From Eledone cirrhosa (lineage: Eukaryota), in NCBI GenBank assembly GCA_964016885.1, contig OZ024740.1, forward strand, positions 257,796,001-257,860,000: DNA of 64,000 nt. The letters run 5' to 3'. This document shows positions 51,030 to 64,000 of the stretch, in pieces. The position numbers and the translations under genes are program-made. The notes beneath the pieces are model-generated. The model did no database searches, was not told where the DNA came from, and saw only the letters and a list, made by a program, of their open reading frames with translations. The number at the start of each line of letters is the position of its first letter. The stretch's first letter is position 1.

Positions 51030-53310
51030 TTAAGGATAGCAAGAGAAAGAAAACCAATTTGACCATGGCGGGGATCGATTACCGCAAAGCCTATGACATG
51101 TTTCCGCACATTTGGATTATGGAATGTGTTATCTTATTTGGTATTGCATCAAATGTTGAGTGATTCTTAAGGAAAAGTTTGAAAGATTGGAAGACTGAAT
51201 GGACAGCATATGGGAGAGATTTAGGAACAATAGAATTCAAGAGAGGTATATTCCAATGGGACAGCCTGTCACCACTGATGTTTGTACTGAGCATAATACC
51301 ACTGACATTGATCTTGAGAAAAGCTAAGCTGGGTATGAATTCAAAGGTTGCCTGCAAAAAATTAACCACTTCTTATTCATGGACGACCTGAAGCTTTATT
51401 GTAAGAATGAATCCCAGCTTGGTTCTCTTGGTTATACGGTGTATACATTTAGTGTTGATATAAGAATGGAGTTCGGATTTTTAAAAATGTGTGGTGTGTT
51501 AATCTTGAACAACGGCAACATTTAAAGCATTGAGGGGTTTGTGCTGCCATCAGGAAAGGTTATGAAGAAAAGAGAAGAGAAAGCTTACAAGTACTTAGGG
51601 ATATTAGAAGTTGATAAAATAATGAAGGAGGAAATGAAAGAAATATTTAAGGTGGAATACAAGCGCAGACCGAGACTTATTCTCAAGTCGAAACTGAATG
51701 GACGAAATAAGATGGAGGCTATCAATACATGGGTAGTATCACTCTTTGAATATGGGAGGGGGTGATCACGTTGACAGTAGAAGAGCTAAACAATTTAGAC
51801 AGAAGGGCAAGAAACATATTGTCTAGATATGGGGTATTTAACCCAATGAGCGACACAGACAGACTATATGTACACAGAAAAAGGTGAAAAAGATGGTTTG
51901 CGAAGACATCATTAGAACAGAAGGGCGTGATCCATAAAGAGTTCCAGGGAACCGCTGTTGTTGGAAGTAGGAAGGTCAAAGCCATACTGAATAAAAGATT
52001 GTAAAGAAAAAAACACAGTAAAAGCATTTGAATATTGAAACTGAAAGTAGATGGACATAAAAAAGAATGTATGGGCTATTCCAGAGAGATTTTGAAGATA
52101 GAACAGACAGAGAAAAAAGGTGGTCATGGATGGCTAAAAGGGATCTAAAACCAGAGCAGAAACCTTAATCTGTGCTTCTCAAGAACAAGAACTGAGAACT
52201 AACTACAGCAAGCATAGAGTAGACCACACAGCAGATAGTGATAAGTGGAGAAAATGTATGGCATAACCAGTCAATGTACACCACTAGTTCAGAAAGAATA
52301 TAAGAGACGTCACGGCAACATAGCAAGCATAGTCCATTGGACACTTTGTGGTAAATATGCTTTTGACAGGGCAGAACAGTGGTACGAACATAAACCCGAG
52401 GGCGTTATCTAAAATGATTATGTAAAATCCTGTTGGACTTTGTGATAGTGTGACCAGGAAATTGAGCATAGGAAACCAGATATTGTATTAATTGAGAAAG
52501 AAAGCAAACAGTATTGGATCGTAGATGTAACATGTCCAGCCGATAAAAATGTATGATGGGAAAAAATTATAAATATGACAGGTTAGTTTGGGGGATTAAG
52601 CAGTTGGGGTCACTCTAAAAGGTGCTGGTAATCTTAACTATAATAAAGAAAGGAGTGCGGGACTGTGTCCAGAATATATTTGTATCCCGTTTGTAAGATA
52701 AGTTGGATTATTTAATAATGAATGAATATTACATAATTCATCTACTAAATTTCGTAATTCTTGATTAAATATAAATAATTTTGTTGCTTATTTTAAGATT
52801 CAATTCTTTAAAATTTTCAAATGTCAACACTTCCGGTTAACAATCGCTTATATAAAATTCATATATTTCCTTCACTAATTTTTTTCCTAATGCAGTTTAT
52901 ATATAATATCGTCTGTTTTTTATGTATCATGGATTACTTTTCTGAGTGTAACGCAGACTACGTTCAATTTCTGTGGATATTGTCAATAACGATATCATTT
53001 GATGTACCATATCTATATCTATATATATATTTGCATATAATATCAATATGCACACTACACATGCTAGTAGAAAACCACCCGAAGGGTTGTTTTTCTGCTA
53101 GTACCAATAATAGTTGGAGTTTTAGGAAGAGAGAGTAAAGATCGTGAGACGTACGCTAAACAAATAGGGATTGCAATATGAATGGAACACTTAAGAAAAA
53201 AACAAGGCTCGAATACTCCAGAGGATAATAAAAAATAAGGGACATTACCTCAGTTCACTGGTAGTGAATAGCTAACATTGTAATACATCTGTAGCGTTAG
53301 AAGCTGAGCT
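51030..53310 (+). mobile_element. Decayed 5'-truncated R4/Dong-like LINE, family A
   Basis: [47 protein letters not shown]; followed by an (AAT)(AAG)(AAC) tract to ~53480. Confidence 0.88.
52632..53101 (+). mobile_element. Non-autonomous Helitron (470 bp) inserted in the LINE
   Basis: A|TC start, CTAG|T end, terminal hairpin TAGTAGAAAACCACCC-GAA-GGGTTGTTTTTCTGCTA, no TSD. Confidence 0.85.
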
Positions 53311-53411
53311 AAGAAACAATAATAATGATGACTTTATTTATAATAACAATAATAATGAAGAAGAAGAAGAAGAAGAAGAAGAAGAAGAAGAAGAAGAAGA
53401 AGAAGAAGAAG

Positions 53412-53466
<55 letters not shown>

Positions 53467-54764
53467 CGGACAACAACAATACGTACACCAAAATGAATAG
53501 AATGTGATTTTTAAGGGATTGTAGCTTTAAGAATCTATTGAATGAAATAATTATCTTATTAAGGTGGTATAAAGGAAAGGATATTAGTTGGGGATAGAGG
53601 TGGGATTGATGGTGGTGGTGTTGTGTTCAGTTTTTAAGGACACAATTCGTTGAATTTCGTTTATTGACGACACATATCATACTAGTTCATATACGTGCAT
53701 GCATCTATATATATATATATATTTATTTAATTATTTGTATTTATTTAATTATTTGCACACACACACAGACATATATATATGTGCGTGTATTTGTATACCT
53801 ATGGCGAGTGTTTTCGCGTATACTTGTGTATGTACGTATATGGATGCGTGTATGTATTTATTTAATTTCAATTTCCTCTGTATTTTATTTACTTCATTCT
53901 TAACTCTGAAGCCGAGAATCATTCCGTTTCCTAGTTAGAATTTTAGTCTACGACTTCAGTTATACAATTTACGTGGTTTTGTCTTTGCGTGCAATTGTCC
54001 TCCCCGTTCCACATATGACGTATTATCTTCGTTTTTTCCGTTCATTGCCAGAGAACGTCTCTATGAACCATCTGAGAGAATATTAGTCTACCACTTCTTT
54101 TATACCATAAACGTGGTTCTGTCTTTCCGTGTAATTGTTTTTCACCGCTCCAAATAATGACGTATTATATTCGTTTTTTCCCGTTCTTTGCCAGGGAACG
54201 TTTCCACGAACCAAAGTATCGTCTTCCTGTCTTCCTCCGGTTGCAACGTTTTTGAAATATTCACTCCTGCGTTCACAGATTGAATTTGTTAGTTTCAAAA
54301 GATCCCGTTAAGGGTTAAATCAGCGATTCTTTGCTTAAACTTTAATCTGTTATTTTAATAAATATTTGCTCTACGGTTCTTATATATTTGATATATATTT
54401 ATCCTTATCGAGCCCTCTTTGGATTTTAGTCTTCAAATTTATTATTATTACTATATATATGTATATATATATGAGGCTCGGTTGGAAATTTCATAGGCAT
54501 GCATTAATTTGAAATCTTCTTACAAATAACTGCATTGTTTCTTTCCTGGGAAGATGGTAAAAGATAAACCTCATTTGGTCATTCTGATGCTCTATCAATT
54601 CTGCCAATTCACCCCAGCCTTCCCATTGCCAATAAAATATTGATTATGATTGTTTAATAATAGGGGAAACACTATCGAGGGAAACTATGATCAATTAACA
54701 TTGTAGCTGTGACCACCTCATGCAGTATTTTAGTAGTAAATATGGCTACATAATCCTTTCGACG

Positions 54765-54910
54765 TCAAATTGGCAGAGTCGTTAGCACATCAGATAGAAG
54801 GCTTTGAGGTACTCGCTTCTGCTCTCTGAGTTCTAATCCCACCCAAAACAACTTTGCTGTTCATCCATTCTAGATCGATAAAATGGTACCAGTCTACTGA
54901 GGTCGATTAG
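54765..54910 (+). mobile_element. Old SINE copy
   Basis: TGGCAGAGTCGTTAG...GAGTTCTAATCCC...AACTTTGC; further remnants at ~30010, 41190-41470, 55885-56025 and 57980-58060. Confidence 0.6.
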
Positions 54911-55294
54911 TCCTCTATATCTCTTTCTCGTTTCCATTATTTCAGGATCTATCCGTCTCTCGAAGAAATCTACTGAATACAGTCCTGAGGATGGGATCTG
55001 CCAGGTTTTACAATGATACGGGACCATGCATGCAAACTAATATATCATTTAATTCAGTGATAATATAAGGGATATACGCATTTGATTGCAACATCTAACT
55101 ATGACAAATGTGTCTTCTAATTGGATTACGGAATCTTCTGATGAACGAACTGTTAGATTTGTCCTTCACATGTAAACAATATACTATATCATATGATTGT
55201 TTACACGGTGAAAACCCTAGTTCAGTGACTTACAGTATATAATGCTACTTTACATTAGTACTATTCGCATGAAATTAATCAAGAACTGTTAATG

Positions 55295-55297
<3 letters not shown>

Positions 55298-55368
<71 letters not shown>

Positions 55369-55450
55369 TGAGACCCAGGTTCAATCAGGAGTAAAGATAG
55401 CAAGTACTTGCTATTTTTACCCCTGATTGAACTCACTCACACACACACGC

Positions 55451-55488
<38 letters not shown>
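55298..55488. repeat. Palindrome: (TA)n(TG)n, 52-bp hairpin, (CA)n(TA)n
   Basis: GTTCAATCAGGAGTAAAGATAGCAAGT|ACTTGCTATTTTTACCCCTGATTGAAC, with no loop. Confidence 0.85.
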
Positions 55489-55490
<2 letters not shown>

Positions 55491-55576
55491 AAAATTAAAA
55501 TTAAGGGTTGTCATATCTGAGAGACATGCGCCATATCCACCGTAGAATAAGCTCAAAGATTAGATCCGAGCATTAC

Positions 55577-55844
55577 ATATCAACTAGAAATAGATTGACA
55601 TATATATATATATATATATCCAATAAATACATGAAACAATCACAGGGAATAATTTGTAAAGAATGTAGGCACACATAGGAGATTAATCATTTTAAAAGGT
55701 ATCTATATTTTAAGTTCTAGTCAAACTTTAATTAGTTACCTACCTAGCTATGTGGGCCTACATTCTTTACAAATTATTCCCTGTGATTGTTTCATGTATT
55801 TATTTTATATATATATATATGTCAATCTATTTCTAGTTGATATA
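55577..55844. repeat. Inverted repeat, ~100-bp arms
   Basis: 55577-55678 versus 55748-55844; a rearranged related piece lies at ~44570-44640. Confidence 0.85.
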
Positions 55845-56891
55845 TATATATACATTTATATATATGTGTATATGTATATTTTTTATTTGATAGAGTCGTT
55901 CGAACGTCGGATAGAATGCTTTATTATATTCCGGCTCACTGGAATTCAAATCCCACCGAGGCCAACTGCCTTTCATCCTTTCGAGTTCAATAAAAAAAAA
56001 AGTACCAGTCTAGTACTAAGGTCGATTCTTCCTTTGTATCTCTTTCTCATTTTCTTCACTCTCATTTTCTAACTGTCTCTGGAACAAATCTACTGTATTT
56101 AGGCCTGGAGAGGACGTTAAAACTCCCAAGAAACGTCGTGTGTCAATACGGCGCCCCTACGACACTATTGGGACTTACGGGATCACACATACACGCATAC
56201 ATAGATGTTAAAATATCGTATTATACACACACACAGACACACACACGTATATACATATATATGCGTCCAATGTTGGACGACACTACACTACCATTAACCT
56301 TAAATCCAAGCAACAGCAGCCGGTCTAATTAATATATTTGATTGCAGTTTGAGAGCAGAGGCTAGTGTATGTAAGGTGATGTGAACCCCCAGTAAAGAAG
56401 AGGGGTAAAGTTAAAGAGAGTGTATCAGTTGGGTAGTTGTTTGTCAATTAGACGCCATAGTGTCAGGTTACCTCATCTGCATCTAACTTGAATGGCACAC
56501 GGAGAATGGATGGAGAGAGGAGATATTTCTCACCTCTCTCTCTCCCTCTGCCCCTCTCTCTCTCATTGAAATATTAAAGTCAATTGAGAAACTATACAAC
56601 TATACAGACCACCCAAGTAGAGAGCTACCCGATCGTTTACTCACACACACACATAGTCTCAGACACACACATACACTTATTCATTTCTCTTTTTCGGTTG
56701 ATCTTACATATTGTGACTTTATATAGTATTTATCTCTCACCCCCTTTCTCCAGACACACTCACACATTTGCAACTACACGAACATAAATATATATACATG
56801 TATATGTGAGTATGTATTTACATAAATTCTCTCTTATACTCTCTCTCTCCTTCTCTTATACATACACACAAATACACACACACTCGCACAC

Positions 56892-56957
<66 letters not shown>

Positions 56958-56959
<2 letters not shown>

Positions 56960-57060
56960 GTTGTTATATTTGGGGAGGGTCATATTTGCGTAATATTGCC
57001 AGAATTAATAACAGAACACACTCACTGTTTGGTTGGTTTTCGCTTCTCGCTGTCTTTTAT
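56958..57060 (-). mobile_element. Short terminal fragment of the Penelope pLTR family
   Basis: TTGTTATATTTGGGGAGGGTCAT matches the terminus at 10452 and 20257. Confidence 0.6.
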
Positions 57061-57116
57061 ATATATATATCTGCGATCTAACTTACTCGGTCCTCAATGT
57101 CGCCGCTATGTATATA

Positions 57117-57162
<46 letters not shown>

Positions 57163-57627
57163 AACATATATACATATATATATATATACAAACATATATA
57201 TATATATATATATACATGCACACTTATTTGTACATATCTGTCAACTAACTGTACACATTTTGCCAGAATAATACATCTCTACATGTATCTTACAATGTTC
57301 TACAAACATTAACATATTAATGCTGGATAAAATGCGTGGCACTATTCGTCTTGGCCTATTGTGCTCCGAGTTCAAATCCCAGGCTCGCTGTGTAGATAAA
57401 ATTACCTAGGCCGCCGACACAGGCTCTTCAGCTTTCAGTCAATACAAATACACGATGTACACAATTACAGCCAGGCATGCTGAGTACATAAAACTATCTA
57501 GCTCATTGACTCAGTATCGTTAAGTCCCACTCTGTATAAATATACGTGGTACACATTCACAGTCAAGCAGCCCGTGTAAGTTTTATTATCTAGGTAATGG
57601 ATACAGCTTCTATAACTCTCAGCTATT

Positions 57628-57870
57628 ATCATCATCATCAGGTCGAGCTTGCTCGGCTTTCTACGACACGTTTCCTCCATCCATCTCTGTCTCTCATAGC
57701 GTTTGCCAGTTCTTCCGCAGTGCATCCAGTATCGTCCTCAAGTTGCTTGACGTATGTCTTCTTGGGACGACCAGCGTTTCTTGCTCCATGAGATGGACTC
57801 CATAACAACACATCACCTGCTATTTCTTCATTGCTGCGCCAACAGTGGACAGCAAATCTGAGTCTCTGTC
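57628..57870 (-). mobile_element. RTE/RTE-X LINE 3' fragment with (ATG)n tail
   Basis: Minus strand RLRFAVHCWRS..VLLWSPSHG..GRPKKTYVKQL..AMRDRDGW. Confidence 0.75.
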
Positions 57871-58399
57871 CACGTATTGACCTGCTGATAGGTGGTATAT
57901 TGCCATAGAGATCCTTATTATAAACTTATATAAGCTATTATAAACATATATAAAAATAAATATTTTTAAACTGGCTACAAATTGGTATTCTTTTCCAGCT
58001 CCCTGCGACCTGAGTTTCCAACAAGGTCGATAAATAAAGTAACAGTTCAATACTGGTCTCGATTATTCCTCTATATTTCTTTCTAGTATATTTTGCTCTC
58101 TCTCCTCCTCTCTATCTCTCTTTCTCTCCTCCTCTCTCTAATTCTCTCGCCCCTCTCTCTTTCATTTCTCCTCTGGAAGAAATCGGCTTTCTTCAAACCT
58201 TGTGTGTGATGGAATCTGCCCAAACACGGCCAAAATACTTCAATGGCTACATCGTGAGTTAACAGCTCTGGATGAATGTGCGAATTACCCAACTCACAGA
58301 AGATTAACAATATTATATAACCATGCTTATTTCTTATTTAGGCAAATTCATTTACTGTATGAATGTAATCTATCTATATGGGGCGGGCAAAATTCCCGA

Positions 58400-59475
58400 G
58401 ATCCAGGGACGAGTTCTCTCCTGCGGTCTCTGTCCTTCATCATCACCGCCATGTCCTGCGTCTCAAGAGACCAGTGTCTGTACTTAGGGCATCAACATAT
58501 GTCAACCTCGGTTTCCCTCTCCAGGTGTGTCTGTGTAGGGGCTCCCACGGGAGCACCGAGTACAGCGTCAACTCAGAATGTCGGTGAGCATGTCCAGCTA
58601 ACCTCAATTTCCTCTGTGTTACGTTGGAGCTGACGTTTGGTAGGCTCCCGTACAGCACTTAGTTCTTCGTCCTCAGTGTATACTGACAAATATTCAGAGC
58701 CATCCTCAGCATTCTCGTGTAGCACCCATCCACCATCTGAGTGAGTTTCTTGATCAGTGTCCAAAACTCAGACCCGTACAGTAGCACAGACTCCACTGTA
58801 GCACTATCAGATACTTCGTCTTAATCTCATTCATTCTCAGCCCCACACCCATCGACACAGTCTCCGCCTCCTGCGTCAACTGCTCTGCTTCCTTCAGTGT
58901 GTTTGTCACCAGAACTATGTCATCAGCAAATTCAGCATAGATAACTTTTTCACATTGACTCTCCTGTTCTAAGCCAGTGCTACAGTAAAGCAAGAGTCCC
59001 GGTGTTTCAACAGCGCAAGGTGCATACGATAGCCCACAATATATCTCACTGGAGCACACCAGCCAGAATCTCAAAGAACTCTGTCATCCTGTCAGGTGCA
59101 ATGACTTGGGCTTTGGTGTTGGTGTAGAGCAGTGATATCAAGTCCACTATCTTCTTGGGGATTTCATAAGCTTATAAGATCTTCATCAGGCAGTGACGGT
59201 CGACAGAATCAAAGGCCTTCCTAAAGTCAATGAAAACACTAACAGCAGGAAGGCTCTTTGCTCTAGCTCCCTCTAATATTCTCCTCAGCATCAGGATGTG
59301 ACTGGTGGTTGATCTTCCCTCTCTGAAGCCGTTCAGGTTGTCCTTGAGGTTCTTCTCCATCTCGGGCTGGATCCTGCTAAGAATCATTCTGTTGAGTGAC
59401 GTCAGTGAGATCCGCCTGTAGTTGTTGGTGTTAGAAAGATCTCTCTTCTTTGGGACTGGGACGGTGTTACTGATA
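58400..59475 (-). mobile_element. Decayed RTE/RTE-X LINE RT fragment
   Basis: NYRRISLTS, GFREGRSTTSHI, FIDFRKAFDSVDR, FADDIVL, LRLAGH..RH..VLPWEP..RGKPRLTY. Confidence 0.85.
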
Positions 59476-60504
59476 TGAATGTAAAGGAGCCGATTATCAG
59501 ATCGAACAAAGGAGACAGTGGTCTTTGCATTGTTAATATTAATTATAATGCAAATCGGAACTCTGAGGCGAAGGACCAACGCGAAATAAGGTATTTTGCT
59601 GAAATTGCACACATCAGAAATTGAACATGGGCCAACAATTTATAGCATGTTTACTGACCCCATTTATTTGAATGTTCTTTTTGCTAGAAATAACAACACA
59701 ATTTCCCTGAAAACGCGTTCTACATTGTTTACAAAAGACATAATGTTTAGATAGTATGGTTCTCTCTATTTAAAAGGCGATTTAGACACGACGGGACTGA
59801 ACTATGGTTAAACAATAACAAACATGATAACAGCAGCCAAGACAATAAATAATAACATAAACACAACACAGGGTGCTGTTTCCAGTGTTGCTGAGGCTAC
59901 TGTTGCTGCTGCTGCTGTTGTCGCTGTTGTTGCTGTTATAGTTGCCGCTGTTGTTGCTGCTGTTGTTGCCGATGATGTTGCTGATATTGTTACTGATGTT
60001 GCAACATTGCCAGACGGAAATAGTAGTACACAATTGGAGTTGATTGACTTGGAAATATCAAATATTAATTAGAATGTATGAACAGTGAGACACATAGAAA
60101 TACATATATGTATAAGTAATGTACACAGAGGCATTTATTTATATATGTGTGTGTGTGTGTGTATGTCTGTATGTATGTACTATATATATATATAGAGAGA
60201 GAGAGCATAAAGCAAGGAGATAATGATAACGAGGATATGTGTGGGTGTAAGAGCTGGCTGTGAGTGTTATTAAGTAAGTAACTATTTGATAGCATCAATA
60301 TAATTTAGTGCTAAACCAGGATGGCTGAGGGACATGCTGAGAAAATTGATATATTTAAAGGTTAACATAGTTTGAACCCAGGTCTCATCGGTCACCGCCT
60401 GCCGTGGTATGAATTTATAGATTGCATTAAATATGTATGTGTCTATACACTGAATGATACACACAATTGTATACACACATCTGATGTACTATATATACAT
60501 ACTA

Positions 60505-60564
<60 letters not shown>

Positions 60565-60734
60565 GTATATATATATATATATAAATATATAGGAAAAAGT
60601 ATGACCCCGACAGCAGAGCTTAAGCCGTTTCGACGGCTATTTCTGGACGTATATATATATAAATATATATATATATACATACAAGAAAATATATATTTGC
60701 ATATAGGTATGTATGTGTGCATCGGTGTGTATAT

Positions 60735-60797
<63 letters not shown>

Positions 60798-60927
60798 GGT
60801 GAGTGTGTGTACACACATATATACATATGCATATGAATATTTGTATATATATCTAAAATATATATATATAGATATGTACATATTATACATATATGTTTAT
60901 ATGTATGAGTGTGTCTGCGAGTGCGTG

Positions 60928-63900
60928 GGTGTGTTTGTGTGTATGTGGAAGTATCATTATGCGTGTGTTTGTGTGTATGTGGAAGTATCATTATGCGTGT
61001 GTTTGTGTGTATGTGGAAGTATCATTGTGGGTGTGTTTGTGTGTATGTGGAAGTATCATTATGCGTGTGTTTGTGTGTATGTGGAAGTATCATTATGCGT
61101 GTGTTTGTGTGTATGTGGAAGTATCAGTGTGGGTGTGTTTGTGTGTATGTGGAAGTATCATTATGCGTGCGTTTGTGTGTATATGGAAGTATCATTGTGG
61201 GTGTGGTTGTGTGTATGTGGTAGTATCATTGTGGGTGTGTTTGTGTGTATGTGGTAGTATCATTGTGGGTGTGGTTGTGTGTATGTGGTAGTATCATTGC
61301 GGGTGTGTTTGTGTGTATGTGGAAGTATCATTATGCGTGTGTTTGTGTGTATGTGGAAGTATCATTATGCGTGTGTTTGTGTGTATGTGGAAGTATCATT
61401 GCGGGTGTGTTTGTGTGTATGTGGAAGTATCATTGCGGGTGTGTTTGTGTGTATGTGGAAGTATCATTGCGGGTGTGTTTGTGTGTATGTGGAAGTATCA
61501 TTGCGGGTGTGTTTGTGTGTATGTGGAAGTATCATTGCGGGTGTGTTTGTGTGTATGTGGAAGTATCATTGCGGGTGTGTTTGTGTGTATGTGGAAGTAT
61601 CATTGCGGGTGTGTTTGTGTGTATGTGGAAGTATCATTGTGGGTGTGTTTGTGTGTATGTGGAAGTATCATTGCGGTGTGTTTGTGTGTATGTGGAAGTA
61701 TCATTATGCGTGTGTTTGTGTGTATGTGGAAGTATCATTGTGGGTGTGTTTGTGTGTATGTGGAAGTATCATTGTGGGTGTGTTTGTGTGTATGTGGTAG
61801 TATCATTTCAGGTGTGTTTGTGTATATGTGGAAGTATCATTGTGGGTGTGTTTGTGTGTATGTGGAAGTATCATTGTGGGTGTGTTTGTGTGTATGTGGT
61901 AGTATCTTTTCGGGTGTGTTTGTGTGTATGTGGAAGTATCATTGTGGGTGTGTTTGTGTGTATGTGGAAGTATCATTGTGGGTGTGTTTGTGTGTATATG
62001 GAAGTATCATTGCCGGTGTGTTTCTGTGTATGTGGAAGTATCATTGTGGGTGTGTTTGTGTGTATGTGGTAGTATCAATGTGGGTGTGTTTGTGTGTATG
62101 TGGAAGTATCAAAGCGGGTGTGTTTGTGTGTATGTGGTAGTATCATTATGGGTGTGTTTGTGTGTATGTGGAAGTATCATTGTGGGTGTGTTTGTGTGTA
62201 TGTGGAAGTATCATTGTTGGTGTGTTTGTGTGTATGTGGAAGAATCATTGCCGGTGTGTTTGTGTGTATGTGGAAGTATCATTGTGGGTGTGTTTGTGTG
62301 TATGTGGAAGAATCATTGCCGGTGTGTTTGTGTGTATGTGGAAGTATCATTGTGGGTGTGTTTGTGTGTATGTGGAAGAATCATTGCCGGTGTGTTTGTG
62401 TGTATGTGGAAGTATCATTGTGGGTGTTTGTGTGTATGTGGAAGAATCATTGCCGGTGTGTTTGTGTGTATGTGGAAGTATCATTTTGGGTGAGTTTGTG
62501 TGTATGTGGAAGAATCATTGCCGGTTTGTTTGTGTGTATGTAGAAGTATCATCGTGGGTGTGTTTGTGTGTATGTGGAAGAATCATTGCCGGTGTGTTTG
62601 TGTGTATGTGGAAGTATCATTGCCGGTGTGTTTGTGTGTATGTGGAAGTATCATTGTGGGTGTGTTTGTGTGTATGTGGAAGAATCATTGCCGGTGTGTT
62701 TGTGTGTATGTGGAAGTATCAGTGCGGGTGTGTTTGTGTGTATGTGGAAGTATCATTGTGGGAGTGTTTGTGTGTATGTGGAAGTATCATTGTGGGCGTG
62801 TTTGTGTGTATGTGGAAGAATCATTGCCGGTGTGTTTGTGTGTATGTGGAAGTATCAGTGCGGGTGTGTTTGTGTGTATGTGGAAGTATCATTGTGGGAA
62901 TGTTTGTGTGTATGTGGAAGTATCATTGTGGGTGTGTTTGTGTGTATGTGGAAGAATCATTGCCGGTGTGTTTGTGTGTATGTGGAAGTATCATTGTGGG
63001 TGTGTTTGTGTGTATGTGGAAGAATCATTGCCGCTGTGTTTGTGTGTATGTGGAAGTATCATTGTGGGAGTGTTTGTATGTATGTGGAAGTATCAGTGCG
63101 GGTGTGTTTGTGTGTATGTGGAAGTATCATTGTGGGAGTGTTTGTGTGTATGTGGAAGTATCATTGTGGGCGTGTTTGTGTGTATGTGGAAGAATCATTG
63201 CCGGTGTGTTTGTGTGTATGTGGTAGTATCATTTCAGGTGTGTTTGTGTATATGTGGAAGTATCATTGTGGGTGTGTTTGTGTGTATGTGGAAGTATCAT
63301 TGTGGGTGTGTTTGTGTGTATGTGGTAGTATCTTTTCGGGTGTGTTTGTGTGTATGTGGAAGTATCATTGTGGGTGTGTTTGTGTGTATGTGGAAGTATC
63401 ATTGTGGGTGTGTTTGTGTGTATATGGAAGTATCATTGCCGGTGTGTTTCTGTGTATGTGGAAGTATCATTGTGGGTGTGTTTGTGTGTATGTGGTAGTA
63501 TCAATGTGGGTGTGTTTGTGTGTATGTGGAAGTATCAAAGCGGGTGTGTTTGTGTGTATGTGGTAGTATCATTATGGGTGTGTTTGTGTGTATGTGGAAG
63601 TATCATTGTGGGTGTGTTTGTGTGTATGTGGAAGTATCATTGTTGGTGTGTTTGTGTGTATGTGGAAGAATCATTGCCGGTGTGTTTGTGTGTATGTGGA
63701 AGTATCATTGTGGGTGTGTTTGTGTGTATGTGGAAGAATCATTGCCGGTGTGTTTGTGTGTATGTGGAAGTATCATTGTGGGTGTGTTTGTGTGTATGTG
63801 GAAGAATCATTGCCGGTGTGTTTGTGTGTATGTGGAAGTATCATTGTGGGTGTTTGTGTGTATGTGGAAGAATCATTGCCGGTGTGTTTGTGTGTATGTG

Positions 63901-64000
63901 GAAGTATCATTTTGGGTGAGTTTGTGTGTATGTGGAAGAATCATTGCCGGTTTGTTTGTGTGTATGTAGAAGTATCATCGTGGGTGTGTTTGTGTGTATG
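60928..64000. repeat. 34-bp minisatellite array (~90 units, runs off the window end)
   Basis: Unit GTGTGTTTGTGTGTATGTGGAAGTATCATTGTGG with variants. Confidence 0.97.

Noticed and set aside
60893-63969. Long Cys/Val-rich ORFs (up to 354 aa) and a CRISPR-like appearance
   Set aside because: Translation of a 34-bp minisatellite; units are contiguous with no unique spacers and no cas genes; eukaryotic context

Overview
AT-rich, repeat-dominated eukaryotic (animal) DNA with no confidently identifiable host protein-coding gene. The repeat content (a ~190-bp tRNA-derived SINE, long (TA)n/(CA)n/(GATA)n tracts, and RTE, R4/Dong, Tx1, CR1, Penelope and Helitron remnants) suggests a coleoid cephalopod such as Octopus; this is inference. 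Most ORFs in the supplied track are microsatellite read-throughs. Main hidden signal: at least four different repeat families here carry minimal type-I hammerhead ribozyme (HHR) motifs (CUGAnGA...GAAA...NUH with pairing stems), usually inside inverted or partial-tandem duplications. The youngest is a Penelope-like element at 10449-12094, where two apparently identical 510-bp inverted arms, each with an HHR, enclose an intact GIY-YIG endonuclease ORF but no RT. Small non-coding HHR elements (28959-29820, 31971-32557, 45462-45786, 26417-26478) look like retrozyme/solo-pLTR units, one with evidence of a tandem or circular ~418-nt template. Also present: a 470-bp Helitron whose empty site can be read from a paralogous LINE in this window, many fold-back palindromes, inverted SINE pairs, and a 34-bp minisatellite with a 1426-bp higher-order duplication. 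All assignments come from reading and translating by eye; boundaries of decayed elements are approximate.
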